Shown here in pieces: positions 48,503 through 57,970 of a DNA stretch of 61,672 nt (its first letter is position 1; each line of letters begins with the position of its first letter). The notes beneath the pieces are model-generated. The model had not been told where the DNA came from. It was given only the letters and a program-made list of their open reading frames with translations, and ran no database searches. The position numbers and the translations under genes were made by a program. This stretch comes from a virus: the IMG/VR virus record IMGVR_UViG_3300016667_000429, positions 1 through 61,672 of that record. One strand, given 5' to 3'.

Positions 48503-49823
48503 TTTCCACACGGCGGGGGCGACGCACCGCGAACGACTGTTCCGCGCGGGCAACCAGCTCGGTAAAACGTGGTCGTCAGCCTACGAGGTCGGCTTTCACC
48601 TGACCGGCTTGTACCCCGAATGGTGGACGGGCAAGCGGTGGCATCGCGGCGTGACCGGCTGGGCGCTGGGCGAATCGATGGAATCGACGCGAGACACCAT
48701 GCAGCGGCTGGTGCTGGGTCGTCCTGGGGAATGGGGAACAGGAACGATCCCCGAACACCTGATTATCTCGGTCAAGCGCGCGCAGGGCATTGCTGACTCG
48801 GTGGACTGCGTGTTCGTGCGCCATGTGTCTGGCATGGTGAGCCGCCTGTACTTCAAGTCGTATGAGAAGGGTCGCTCGAAGTTGCAGGGCGAAACGCTCG
48901 ACTTTGCGGCGCTGGACGAAGAACCGCCACGGGATATTTACACCGAGGTCTTGACCCGAACGAACGCGACCAAGGGCATCGTGTGGATCACGTTCACCCC
49001 GCTTTTGGGTATGTCGGAGGTGGTGCGGCTGTTCCTGCAAAACCCAACGCCGGATCGTGCCGACATCAACATGACGATTGAGGATGTCGAGCATTACACC
49101 AAAGAGGAGCGCGAAAGGATCATCCTGTCCTACCCTGCGCACGAACGAGAGGCGCGGGCGAAGGGCATTCCGATCCTTGGCTCCGGTCGCGTGTTCCCGA
49201 TTGAGGAAAGCGCGATCACGGTCGAGCCGTTCTCGATGCCCGATCTTTGGCCACGGATCTGCGGCGTGGACTTTGGCTGGGATCACCCCAGCGCGGCGGT
49301 GTGGATGGCGTGGGATCGGGACACCGACACGATCTACGTCTACGACTGCCTGCGGGTTCGGGAAACCACGGCGCGCGAGCAAGCGCCGGCCATCAATTCG
49401 CGTGGCAACTGGATTCCGGTGGCGTGGCCGCACGACGGCCTGCAAACGGAGAAGGGCAGCGGCTTCCAGCTCGCGCAGCAGTACCGGGACGCGGGCGTGA
49501 ACATGCTGCATGAGATGGCGCAGTTCCCCGAAACCGGCGACGAGTCGGGGCATAAGGTGAGCCGCACCAGCGTCGAGGCGGGCGTCTTGGCCATGTATCA
49601 GAAGATGCAGGCGGGCAAATTCAAGGTCTTTTCGACTTGCAACGATTGGTTCGAGGAGTTCCGGCTCTACCACCGCAAGGACGGCAAGATCGTCAAGTTG
49701 CAGGACGACCTGATGGCGGCAACCCGCTACGGCTACATGATGATGCGCTACGCCATTACCCCGCCTGACCCGTCCAAGCTGATGCTGAACCCGCGCCGCT
49801 CCTACGATTGGAGGGCGGGATGA
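48351..49823 (+). CDS. terL: terminase large subunit
   Basis: AAGGAGGAGA SD before ATG 48351. KPYQKQIDFH, ...GKTW (Walker A-like) and a nuclease-domain-like C-terminal half. Overlaps terS by 152 nt. Confidence 0.8.
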   Translation: MNTPTFPTQTLPDSLKSLSPKLALLKITQELKRRQDRNKLSKYKPYQKQIDFHTAGATHRERLFRAGNQLGKTWSSAYEVGFHLTGLYPEWWTGKRWHRGVTGWALGESMESTRDTMQRLVLGRPGEWGTGTIPEHLIISVKRAQGIADSVDCVFVRHVSGMVSRLYFKSYEKGRSKLQGETLDFAALDEEPPRDIYTEVLTRTNATKGIVWITFTPLLGMSEVVRLFLQNPTPDRADINMTIEDVEHYTKEERERIILSYPAHEREARAKGIPILGSGRVFPIEESAITVEPFSMPDLWPRICGVDFGWDHPSAAVWMAWDRDTDTIYVYDCLRVRETTAREQAPAINSRGNWIPVAWPHDGLQTEKGSGFQLAQQYRDAGVNMLHEMAQFPETGDESGHKVSRTSVEAGVLAMYQKMQAGKFKVFSTCNDWFEEFRLYHRKDGKIVKLQDDLMAATRYGYMMMRYAITPPDPSKLMLNPRRSYDWRAG

Positions 49824-49883
49824 GTCGAATAGACCGACACCGCCCACAATTACCCTGAAACGATGTTTTAACCGGAAGAATTT

Positions 49884-52031
49884 ATGGCCATTGGCGATAT
49901 TCAACTGACCAGCGAGGCGCTGCCTGACGACGAAGGCACCTTCGCCGGCAACGCTGGCGGGCCGACCATGGCCAAAAAGTACCAGCCGGATGAAAAACCA
50001 CGCGGTCGCGTGGTAATGGGCGAAGCGCCGACCGATTCGGGGCAGATGCCGGAGGATCTTGAAGATTCGGCACTGCCACGCGGTCAGGTCGAGATGTTCC
50101 TGCGCGAGATCAAGCACCAGCCGCACTGGCGGCGTGAGGCCGACCGTGCCGCCGACTACTACGACGGCAACCAACTGTCGCCGGAAACGGTGGAGAAGTT
50201 GCAGGAGCGCGGGCAACCGCCGCTCATCACGAACATCATCAAGCCGACGATCGATACGGTGCTTGGCATCGAGGCCAAAGCGCGCAGCGATTGGCGCGTG
50301 CGACCGGAAGATGACGAGGAATGCTCCGACGATCTGGCCGAGGCGCTGTCGGTCAAGCTGAAGCACGCGGAAATCGAGTCGCGCGCTGACCGCGCCATCT
50401 CGGATGCGTATGCCGCCGAGATCAAGGCTGGGCTGGGCTGGGTGGAGGTCGCGCGCGAGCATGACCCGTTCAAATGCCCGTACCGCGTTCGCTACGTCCA
50501 TCGCCGCGAGATCTTTTGGGATTGGCGCGCCGAGCAGCCGGATCTGTCGGACGCCCGCTACCTGATACGCCGGCGCTGGCTGGAGCTGGAACACGCCATT
50601 GCCCTGATGCCGCAATACGCCAGCCTGTTCCGCATGACGACGGGCGGCTGGGCTGGCTTCGATCCACTGCTGGAGCAGGACAGCCGGCTCGTGCAAAGCT
50701 GGGAAATCGAGCGTGACACGCGGATTGCCGCCGTGGATTGGCGCGACATTCAGCGCCTGCGGATTTGCCTCTACGAGATCTGGTATCGCAAGTGGGTGCG
50801 CGGGTATGTGATGACGCTGCCCAACGGCACGACCATGGAAGCCGACTTCAACAACCCGCGCCACAACGAGGCGATCGTGGCCGGCATTGCCAAGGTCAAG
50901 CAGGCGACGTTCCAGAAAGTGCGTCTGGCTTGGTACACGGGGCCGCACTTCCTCTACGACGTTCCCAGCCCGTACAAGCACAACCAGTTCCCGTATGTGC
51001 CGTTCTTCGGCCACCGCGAGGATCTGACCAACGTGCCGTATGGCCTGATCCGCTCGATGGTATCGCCGCAGGATGAGGTCAACGCCCGCAAGTCGAAGAT
51101 GCTGTGGTCGCTGAACTCGAAGCGCGTCATCGTGGACGCCGACGCGGTGCTGGATCACCAGAAGGCGCAGCAGGAAATTGCCCGCCCGGATGCTTACATC
51201 GTCCTGAACGCCAACCGCAAGCCGACCTCAAAGTTTCAGGTCGATCCGGGCGGCGATCTGGCCACGCAGCAGTTTCAGGTCATGCAGGAAGCCAAAGACG
51301 AAATTGCCCAGGCATCCGGCATCCACAAGTCGATGCAGGGACAGAACTCGAATGCCTCGTCCGGTCTGGCCATCAACAGCCTGATCGAGCAGGGCATGAA
51401 CACGCTGGCCGAGATCAACGACAACTTCCGTTACGCGCGCCGGCTGGTGGGCGAAATGCTGTTCGAGCTGGTCAAGCAAAACCTGATTTCGCAGGGGCCG
51501 AGCAAGGTCGTCATCGGGGAAGGCCAGAAACGCAAGGTCATTCCGCTCAATACCCCGACCATGGACGAGCAAACTGGCGAACCGACCATGCTCAACGATG
51601 TGGCCAAAATCAAGGTCAAGGTCGTGCTGGACGATGTGCCGAGTACGCCGACGTACCGAATGCAGCAGCTTCAGATGCTCTCTGAAGTCACCAAGAGCCT
51701 GCCGCCAAACCTGCAAGCGGCGGTCGCGGATTTTGTCATCGAGGCGACGGACTTCCCGAACCGCCACGAGGTTGCCGACCGGATCAGGAACGCCATCGGC
51801 ATTGTTGATCCAGAGCAGCAGAAAGCGCAGGCCGCAGCGCAGGCGCAAGCGCAACAAGTGCAGCAGGACATGGCGCAGAAAGCGTTCGTCATGGATATGG
51901 CCGAGAAGGCGTCGAAGATCAGGAAGCTCAACGCCGACGCCGAAAAGGTGCAAGCCGAAGCCAAGATGGCCAAATTTCAACCCATGGTGAGGACGCCGCA
52001 GATTGCGGTGACCCCGCCAGCAATTCAGTAA
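49884..52031 (+). CDS. portal protein
   Basis: 715 aa, directly after terL. ADYYDGNQL motif. Acidic/coiled C-terminal barrel-like tail. Confidence 0.8.
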   Translation: MAIGDIQLTSEALPDDEGTFAGNAGGPTMAKKYQPDEKPRGRVVMGEAPTDSGQMPEDLEDSALPRGQVEMFLREIKHQPHWRREADRAADYYDGNQLSPETVEKLQERGQPPLITNIIKPTIDTVLGIEAKARSDWRVRPEDDEECSDDLAEALSVKLKHAEIESRADRAISDAYAAEIKAGLGWVEVAREHDPFKCPYRVRYVHRREIFWDWRAEQPDLSDARYLIRRRWLELEHAIALMPQYASLFRMTTGGWAGFDPLLEQDSRLVQSWEIERDTRIAAVDWRDIQRLRICLYEIWYRKWVRGYVMTLPNGTTMEADFNNPRHNEAIVAGIAKVKQATFQKVRLAWYTGPHFLYDVPSPYKHNQFPYVPFFGHREDLTNVPYGLIRSMVSPQDEVNARKSKMLWSLNSKRVIVDADAVLDHQKAQQEIARPDAYIVLNANRKPTSKFQVDPGGDLATQQFQVMQEAKDEIAQASGIHKSMQGQNSNASSGLAINSLIEQGMNTLAEINDNFRYARRLVGEMLFELVKQNLISQGPSKVVIGEGQKRKVIPLNTPTMDEQTGEPTMLNDVAKIKVKVVLDDVPSTPTYRMQQLQMLSEVTKSLPPNLQAAVADFVIEATDFPNRHEVADRIRNAIGIVDPEQQKAQAAAQAQAQQVQQDMAQKAFVMDMAEKASKIRKLNADAEKVQAEAKMAKFQPMVRTPQIAVTPPAIQ

Positions 52032-52043
52032 CGAAGGAATCCT

Positions 52044-52316
52044 ATGTCCTCCAACATCAAAACCCGCCACACCAATAAGGTAACGGTCAACGCCAGCCCG
52101 ATCACGGGTGCGTTTGCGATCACGCCGTCCGACTCAACCGATCTGGACGAGATCACCTTGAACCTGTACGTCGGCACGGCGGGCGCGGCCAAACTGACCA
52201 TGTTCGACGGCTCGGTGGTGACTTACGCCACGCTGGCCGCTGGCCGTCACCCGCTGCGCGTCAAGCGCGTGTGGGCAACCGGCACGACCGCCACCGGCTT
52301 GGTTGGCGAGGTCTGA
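52044..52316 (+). CDS. hypothetical head-module protein
   Basis: 90-aa ORF. Confidence 0.55.
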   Translation: MSSNIKTRHTNKVTVNASPITGAFAITPSDSTDLDEITLNLYVGTAGAAKLTMFDGSVVTYATLAAGRHPLRVKRVWATGTTATGLVGEV

Positions 52317-52317
52317 C

Positions 52318-52698
52318 ATGCAACATGCCGAAGCAGGCATTTTGGTGGCGACCCTGTTTCTGGCGCGCGACCTCGCGCACCGGGAACATCTTCGGGTCAC
52401 TGGCGAGGGCAGCTTTGCCCGTCACAAGGCGTTGGAGGGTTTTTACGATGGAATCGTTGACTTGGCTGACCAATTGGCTGAAGCGTATCAAGGTTGCTTT
52501 GATGTCATTCTGGAAATCCCGCTGCTGGCCGCGCCTGAAGAAACTGACATCATCGAGCAGTTAGCTTCACAGCGGCAGTGGATCAGGGAGGAAGGCCGCG
52601 AAGCGATCCCTCGCTCCGAAACGCCGCTGCACAACATCGTGGATGAGATCGAGGCGCTGTACATGTCTACCCTGTACCAACTGCGCCGACTACGCTGA
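52318..52698 (+). CDS. helical-bundle protein, Dps/ferritin-like (DUF5856-like)
   Basis: The ATG at 52318 lies 2 nt after the upstream stop. LARDLAHREHL...G.GSFARHKALEGFYD pattern (weak recall). Confidence 0.45.
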   Translation: MQHAEAGILVATLFLARDLAHREHLRVTGEGSFARHKALEGFYDGIVDLADQLAEAYQGCFDVILEIPLLAAPEETDIIEQLASQRQWIREEGREAIPRSETPLHNIVDEIEALYMSTLYQLRRLR

Positions 52699-52724
52699 GT
52701 CTCCTCTGGTGCTATCCCAGACCT

Positions 52725-52752
52725 TGCCCCGGTTCATCCGGGGCATTTTTTT
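52725..52752 (+). terminator. rho-independent terminator
   Basis: TGCCCCGG-TTCAT-CCGGGGCA followed by TTTTTTT. Confidence 0.7.
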
Positions 52753-52889
52753 GCCCCGGTACAAAAGCTCGAATTGCTATTTCGCTTCTATATTCCAATC
52801 ACCTGTAAAGGCAGTTTTCCCCGCCATGGGTTATTGGCCTCGCCGTACAGGATTTCCGCAACCAACTGCGATAACGTGGAGTGAAGTGA

Positions 52890-53903
52890 ATGGCAACTAT
52901 TGATCTCGATTTGGAGAACCTTTCGGACGACCCGGAACAACTGGCAGCGGCTTTCGCAGCATTGGAAGCAGGGGACACACCCCCGCCGCCCACGGAATCC
53001 GATCCACCGAAGGACGAACCGACCGAGGCCAAACAGGCAGTCGAGGACAAGCAGCAGGTCAGCGAGAACCCGCCTGACGACCAAGAGCAGGAGCCGCAAG
53101 GCATCGCAACGAAGGACGGCAAGAACGTCATTCCGTATGCGGTGTTGAAAAGCGAACGCGAACGCGCGCACCGAGCCGAACAAACGGCGCGGGAAATGCA
53201 AGAACGTGTCGCCGCGCTCGAAGCGATGGTCAAGGGGCAGGTAAATGAAGGGGCGAAAGACGGTGAGAGCGCCCGCACCAACTCACTACCGGCTGAAAAC
53301 GAGCTTTCCCAAGAAGATCTGGAAGCTCTGAAAGAAGATTTCCCGACCGTTTACAAGGCGGTGATGGCGTCGATGGCTGCGGCCAAAACGCTCGAAGCCA
53401 AATTGCAGCCGGTCGAAGATGTGGTGCGACAGGAACAGCAGGAGCGCGCGCAATCTGCAACGGAAACGGTGCAGGACGCAATCGACTCAGTGCCGAAACT
53501 GGCGCACATCCAAGCAACCAACGCCGAAGCATTCGAGCTGGCAAAACAGTTCGACGCATCACTCCGGCAGCAGGCAGCTTGGCAAGCGAAATCGCTTTCG
53601 GAACGCTTTACCAAGGTCGCAGAAATGGTGGAAGCCGCACTTGGGCCAATCGATGTGCCGGGACAAAAGCCAACTTCACAACCGAGTGCCGAGGATCTGA
53701 AGGCAGCGGCGAAGGCCAAAGCAGCGGAACAGGCGAAAGCCAACCGCTCCAACGTGCCGACCTCGCTTTCCGAAGCCCCGGCAGGACAACATGCAGCGCA
53801 GGACGATCAGGAAGAAGCAGAGAACCTTACCCCTCTGCAACTGGCTGAAAAGTTCTCCGCGATGACGCCCGATCAAATGGATGCGTATTTCCGAAACCTG
53901 TAA
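52890..53903 (+). CDS. scaffolding protein
   Basis: 337 aa, acidic, Ala/Glu/Gln-rich coiled coil. Lies immediately upstream of the capsid gene. Confidence 0.7.
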   Translation: MATIDLDLENLSDDPEQLAAAFAALEAGDTPPPPTESDPPKDEPTEAKQAVEDKQQVSENPPDDQEQEPQGIATKDGKNVIPYAVLKSERERAHRAEQTAREMQERVAALEAMVKGQVNEGAKDGESARTNSLPAENELSQEDLEALKEDFPTVYKAVMASMAAAKTLEAKLQPVEDVVRQEQQERAQSATETVQDAIDSVPKLAHIQATNAEAFELAKQFDASLRQQAAWQAKSLSERFTKVAEMVEAALGPIDVPGQKPTSQPSAEDLKAAAKAKAAEQAKANRSNVPTSLSEAPAGQHAAQDDQEEAENLTPLQLAEKFSAMTPDQMDAYFRNL

Positions 53904-53919
53904 ATAGCGAGGCACACAA

Positions 53920-55188
53920 ATGGCAACCAATATCCCAGTAGGCTCGGCCCTTGCACGGAAGATCTATTCCGTCGGCCTGTTCACCCGTGTTCAGCACACC
54001 CCCGGCTTCATGAACCTGATCTCCGGCGAGATGCCGAAGGAAGGCTCGTTTGCAGCCAAAACCAAAGGTCAAACCTCCCCGGACTACCCGATCGTCAAAG
54101 CTGGCGATCTGGCCAAGGGTGCAGGCGACACCGTTAGCATCGACCTGTTCAACATCCTGCAAGGCAAGCCGGTGATGGGTGATACCCGCATCGAAGGCCG
54201 CATGATGCAGCTCACCTACAGCTCGATGGATGTCAAGATCAACCAAGTTCGCGGTGGCGCGGATTCGGGCGGTCGCATGACCCAAAAGCGTACCGTCCAC
54301 AACCTGCGCAACATCTCGATGGCTGGCCTCCAGGCATGGATGCAGCGTCTGGAAGATCAGACCGCGCTGGTGCATCTGGCCGGCGCACGCGGTTCGCAAG
54401 CAACGTCGGATTGGGTTGTCCCGACTCAATCGGACAGCGACTTTGACTCCATCATGGTCAACAGCGTCAAGGCTCCGACCAAGAACCGCTACTTTGCGGC
54501 CAACGACGCCACCGACCCGTCGAACATCGGCACCAACGATGCGCTGACCCTGCAAGACATCGACCGTATCGTCGCGCAGCTCCGCGAGTCGCCGGTTGTC
54601 ATGCAGTCGGTGAAGATCAAGGGCGACGACCGCGCGTGGAACGATCCGCTGTGGGTCATGTTTGTGACCGAGCGCCAGTGGCTGTATCTGCAAGCTCGTA
54701 CCGGCCAGACCACTTGGCGTCAGGCTGTGCAGTACGCCTTCGAGCGTAAGTCGGCTGGTGTGAAGCACCCGCTGTTCGACGCCTACGAAACGATCATGTG
54801 GAACGGTGTGCTGATTAAGCGCATGAACCGCTACGCTATCCGTTTTGCAGCCGGCGATGTGGTGAAGCACGATTCCGGCGGCACTGACGGCGGCACCTAC
54901 ACCGAAACCGACAAGCAGACTGCCCAGCCGGTTGATCGCGCGATCATCGTCGGCGCTCAAGCTCTGGCCAAGGCATACGGCAAGTCGGCATCGGACTACT
55001 TCTACGATTGGTCGGAGAAGGAAGTCGATCACGGCAACTCGATCGAAACGGTGACTGCGGCCATGTGCGGCTCGGCCAAGATCCGCTTCAAGATCGACGG
55101 CGCTGACACCGACTTCGGCGTGGCCGTGGTGGACAGCTACGCACCCGACCCCGCATCGGCTGCTGGCCGCACGCTGCTCGGCTCGTAA
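53920..55188 (+). CDS. major capsid protein (HK97-fold, N4 gp56/DUF4043-like)
   Basis: 422 aa. Position after the scaffold. Followed by a terminator. N-terminal MATNIPVGSALARKIYSVGLF pattern. Confidence 0.8.
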   Translation: MATNIPVGSALARKIYSVGLFTRVQHTPGFMNLISGEMPKEGSFAAKTKGQTSPDYPIVKAGDLAKGAGDTVSIDLFNILQGKPVMGDTRIEGRMMQLTYSSMDVKINQVRGGADSGGRMTQKRTVHNLRNISMAGLQAWMQRLEDQTALVHLAGARGSQATSDWVVPTQSDSDFDSIMVNSVKAPTKNRYFAANDATDPSNIGTNDALTLQDIDRIVAQLRESPVVMQSVKIKGDDRAWNDPLWVMFVTERQWLYLQARTGQTTWRQAVQYAFERKSAGVKHPLFDAYETIMWNGVLIKRMNRYAIRFAAGDVVKHDSGGTDGGTYTETDKQTAQPVDRAIIVGAQALAKAYGKSASDYFYDWSEKEVDHGNSIETVTAAMCGSAKIRFKIDGADTDFGVAVVDSYAPDPASAAGRTLLGS

Positions 55189-55194
55189 TCAAAT

Positions 55195-55214
55195 GGGGGC
55201 TTCGGCCCCCGTTT
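55195..55214 (+). terminator. hairpin terminator after the capsid gene
   Basis: GGGGGC-TTCG-GCCCCC-GTTT. Confidence 0.55.
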
Positions 55215-55246
55215 GGCGAACAAACATCTTGTAAAGGAAATGCAAA

Positions 55247-55654
55247 ATGGCAACTATCAATGCTCCTACTCTGGCTAATACCCAGTACAGCGGCGTAGCT
55301 CCACTGGCCGTTGCTCACGGCCAAGCGGAACTGTCGTCGGTCGCGGTTGACGACAAGATCCGTCTGGTCAAGCTCTACGCCGGCACCAAGATCTATCGCG
55401 TCGATACCGTGTTCGATGACATGGGTACGTCCAGCACCCTCGACGTTGGCTTCGAGTACGCCAATGGCGAGGCCGGCGGCTCGGCAACTGCGTTCGCTAC
55501 CGGCATCGACACCGATCCGGCTGGCACTTCGTCGCATGTGTTTGCGCCGGTCACTCTGGCCTACGACGCTTACATCATTGCAACGGTCAAGGGCGCGACC
55601 TCCACCGGCACGCTGGATGTCATGACCACCTTCGAGTTCAGTGGCGCGAAGTAA
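55247..55654 (+). CDS. putative head decoration protein
   Basis: 135-aa beta-rich ORF between two terminators, next to the capsid gene. Confidence 0.45.
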   Translation: MATINAPTLANTQYSGVAPLAVAHGQAELSSVAVDDKIRLVKLYAGTKIYRVDTVFDDMGTSSTLDVGFEYANGEAGGSATAFATGIDTDPAGTSSHVFAPVTLAYDAYIIATVKGATSTGTLDVMTTFEFSGAK

Positions 55655-55681
55655 TCCATTGAGCGGTTGAAGGAAACCGGA

Positions 55682-55713
55682 CGGGGGAGCTACGGCTTCC
55701 CCGTTTCTATTTA
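55682..55713 (+). terminator. rho-independent terminator
   Basis: CGGGGGAGC-TACG-GCTTCCCCG followed by TTTCTATTTAT. Confidence 0.65.
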
Positions 55714-55726
55714 TAAAGGAGAAACT

Positions 55727-56146
55727 ATGTCAGCGACCATCTTGCTTATGTACGTCGGCAACAAGCCCGCCGCCTACGACAACATTGCCCGCTCCGGCAA
55801 GACTTGGAACGGCCACGGCGACATTCAGGAAGTCACCGAGGCGCAGGCGCGCTTGCTCCTGAAATTCCCCGATCAGTGGCAGCTCGTGTACGAGGCTCAA
55901 CAGGAGGCCGTCGAGCATACCGAATCGATCAAGGTGACGGACGAGGACGGCGATCAAGTCATCATTGACCCAGACGCCTTCAAAAAGCCGATCGAGAAAA
56001 TGACCAAGGCTGAGATGGTGGCCTACGCGCGCGACCGTTGGAGCAAGGAACTGGACGTTTCCATGGCCAAAAAGATGATGATCGACCAGATTGAAGAATG
56101 GGAACGGGATCTTGATGTGACCATTGGTGGCCCCGCCGAGGGTTGA
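55727..56146 (+). CDS. hypothetical head/neck protein
   Basis: The ATG at 55727 is preceded by AAAGGAGAAACT. Confidence 0.6.
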   Translation: MSATILLMYVGNKPAAYDNIARSGKTWNGHGDIQEVTEAQARLLLKFPDQWQLVYEAQQEAVEHTESIKVTDEDGDQVIIDPDAFKKPIEKMTKAEMVAYARDRWSKELDVSMAKKMMIDQIEEWERDLDVTIGGPAEG

Positions 56147-56200
56147 GTCGAATTGCACTCTGTCGGGGATACTTGCTCTGTCGCTTAATGGGTTTTAATC

Positions 56201-56839
56201 GTGGCCAACATCAAGTATTCCGAACTGCTGGACGAGGTTCTGCCCTATTTGGCGGCAGACCCGTCCAATCCGGTGACAGTCAACGCGATCAAGCGTTCTG
56301 TCATCGATTTCTGTTCGGGGTCATGGATCTGGCAGTACCTGCCTGACCCGTTGGATGTCGTGGCCGGCGAAGCCTTCTACACGCTTGAAGCGCCGCCGGG
56401 GACGGACATCTCCGTTGTCATGGACGTTTCGCACAACAACGTCCCGCTGACCAACAAAACGACGAGCTGGCTTGACCACGAGATCCCCGGCTGGCGCACC
56501 GAGCGGAAGAACCCGAAGTATTTCACGCAGGTTGATACCGAGCAGATCGTCTTGGCCGCAGTGCCGGATCTGAACATCACGAGCGGCTTGTCGATGACCT
56601 TTGCGCTGCAACCGTCGCAGTCGGCCTCCAGTTTCCCAAAATGGATCTTCAATCAGTACGTCTACGCGCTGGCCGACGGTGCGATCTCCAAACTGATGCT
56701 GATGCCGGGTAAGCCGTGGACGGATACGCAAAACGGAGCCGACCGCCGCACCCGTTTTGAGCAAGCTATTGCCAACGCCCGCAACTCAGCAGCGTCTGCC
56801 GTCGGGCGCGCCGCAGGGCGCGTGAAGCCCCAGCATTGA
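56201..56839 (+). CDS. hypothetical neck/connector protein
   Basis: GTG start. 212 aa. Confidence 0.55.
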   Translation: MANIKYSELLDEVLPYLAADPSNPVTVNAIKRSVIDFCSGSWIWQYLPDPLDVVAGEAFYTLEAPPGTDISVVMDVSHNNVPLTNKTTSWLDHEIPGWRTERKNPKYFTQVDTEQIVLAAVPDLNITSGLSMTFALQPSQSASSFPKWIFNQYVYALADGAISKLMLMPGKPWTDTQNGADRRTRFEQAIANARNSAASAVGRAAGRVKPQH

Positions 56840-56851
56840 TAAGGAACGCCC

Positions 56852-57538
56852 ATGGCAACCATCCTCGCATCATCGATCATCGACAAGGCGCAAGTCATCT
56901 TGCAGGACACGACCGGCGTGCGCTGGCCAGACACCGAGCTGCTGGGCTGGCTCAACGACGGGCAGCGCGAGATCACGATCTTCAAGCCCAACGCTTCGGT
57001 CAAAAACACGGCGGTGCAACTCGCGGCAGGCACCAAGCAGTCCCTGCCCGCCGACGGCGTGCAACTGATCGATGTCCCGCGCAACATGGGAACCAACGGC
57101 ACGACGCCTGGGCGCGCAATCCGCATCACCATGCGCGAGATCTTGGATTCGCAAGTGCCGAACTGGCACACCATGACCGCCGACGCGGAAGCGGTGCATT
57201 ACATGTACTCGGTGCTTGATCCCAAAAATTTCTACGTGTACCCGCCGCAGCCGGCCAACAACCGGGGATACGTCGAGCTGATCTATGCTTGCGCGCCGGT
57301 TGATGCGACAAGCAACGGCACGATCACACTGGACGACATCTACCAGACCGTTTTGCTTGATTACATTCTGTACCGCGCGTACAGCAAGGACACCGAATTT
57401 GCTGCCGACGCCAACCGCGCGTCCCAGCATCAAGCTGCCTATTTAGCCGCGCTTACGGGCAAGGCAAAGGTGGAAGCGGGTGCAAACCCAAATGTCTCGG
57501 CTCCGGCCAACCCCAATGTTGTACCCAACTCCCGTTAA
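56852..57538 (+). CDS. head-tail adaptor-like protein
   Basis: IIDKAQVILQDTTGVRWPDTELLGWLNDGQREI pattern seen in phage adaptor proteins (recalled). Confidence 0.5.
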   Translation: MATILASSIIDKAQVILQDTTGVRWPDTELLGWLNDGQREITIFKPNASVKNTAVQLAAGTKQSLPADGVQLIDVPRNMGTNGTTPGRAIRITMREILDSQVPNWHTMTADAEAVHYMYSVLDPKNFYVYPPQPANNRGYVELIYACAPVDATSNGTITLDDIYQTVLLDYILYRAYSKDTEFAADANRASQHQAAYLAALTGKAKVEAGANPNVSAPANPNVVPNSR

Positions 57539-57554
57539 CTGAAAGGAAGAAGTC

Positions 57555-57950
57555 ATGGGCGCGTTTAGCAACTACCTTGAAGAAAAGATCGTTGAGCATT
57601 TCCTGCGCAACAATGCCATCACCCCGCCGGCCACGGTTTACGTCGGCCTGTTTGAGTCCGATCCGGGCGAGGCCACCAGCGGCACCGAAACGTCGTACAG
57701 CGGCTACGCTCGCCAATCGTCGGCATGGACTGCGCTCGATGTCAACGGCCAGACCAAGAACAGCGCATCAATCACTTTCCCGGCCAACGGCAACGCTTCG
57801 GCTTCGGTGACGATCACGCATCTGTGCCTGTTTGACGCTGCGACTGCCGGCAACCGACTGTTCTACGCGCAGCTCTCCGCGCCAAAAACTCTCTCGCCGG
57901 GTGACGTTCTGAGCTTTGCCGCCAACGCAATTGTGTTTGGCCTCGACTAA
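57555..57950 (+). CDS. hypothetical virion protein
   Basis: 131-aa ORF with GGAAG SD. Confidence 0.55.
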   Translation: MGAFSNYLEEKIVEHFLRNNAITPPATVYVGLFESDPGEATSGTETSYSGYARQSSAWTALDVNGQTKNSASITFPANGNASASVTITHLCLFDAATAGNRLFYAQLSAPKTLSPGDVLSFAANAIVFGLD

Positions 57951-57970
57951 CACGTTGATCTAGGATCACC

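Noticed and set aside
48576-51158. 860-aa ORF on the minus strand across terL and the portal gene
   Set aside because: It is antisense to two well-supported genes. The product is Arg/Gly/His/Val-rich with no recognisable motif. This is the typical stop-poor mirror frame of GC-rich coding DNA.
53827-55032. 401-aa minus-strand ORF opposite the major capsid gene
   Set aside because: It is the antisense shadow of the capsid gene and has an atypical composition.
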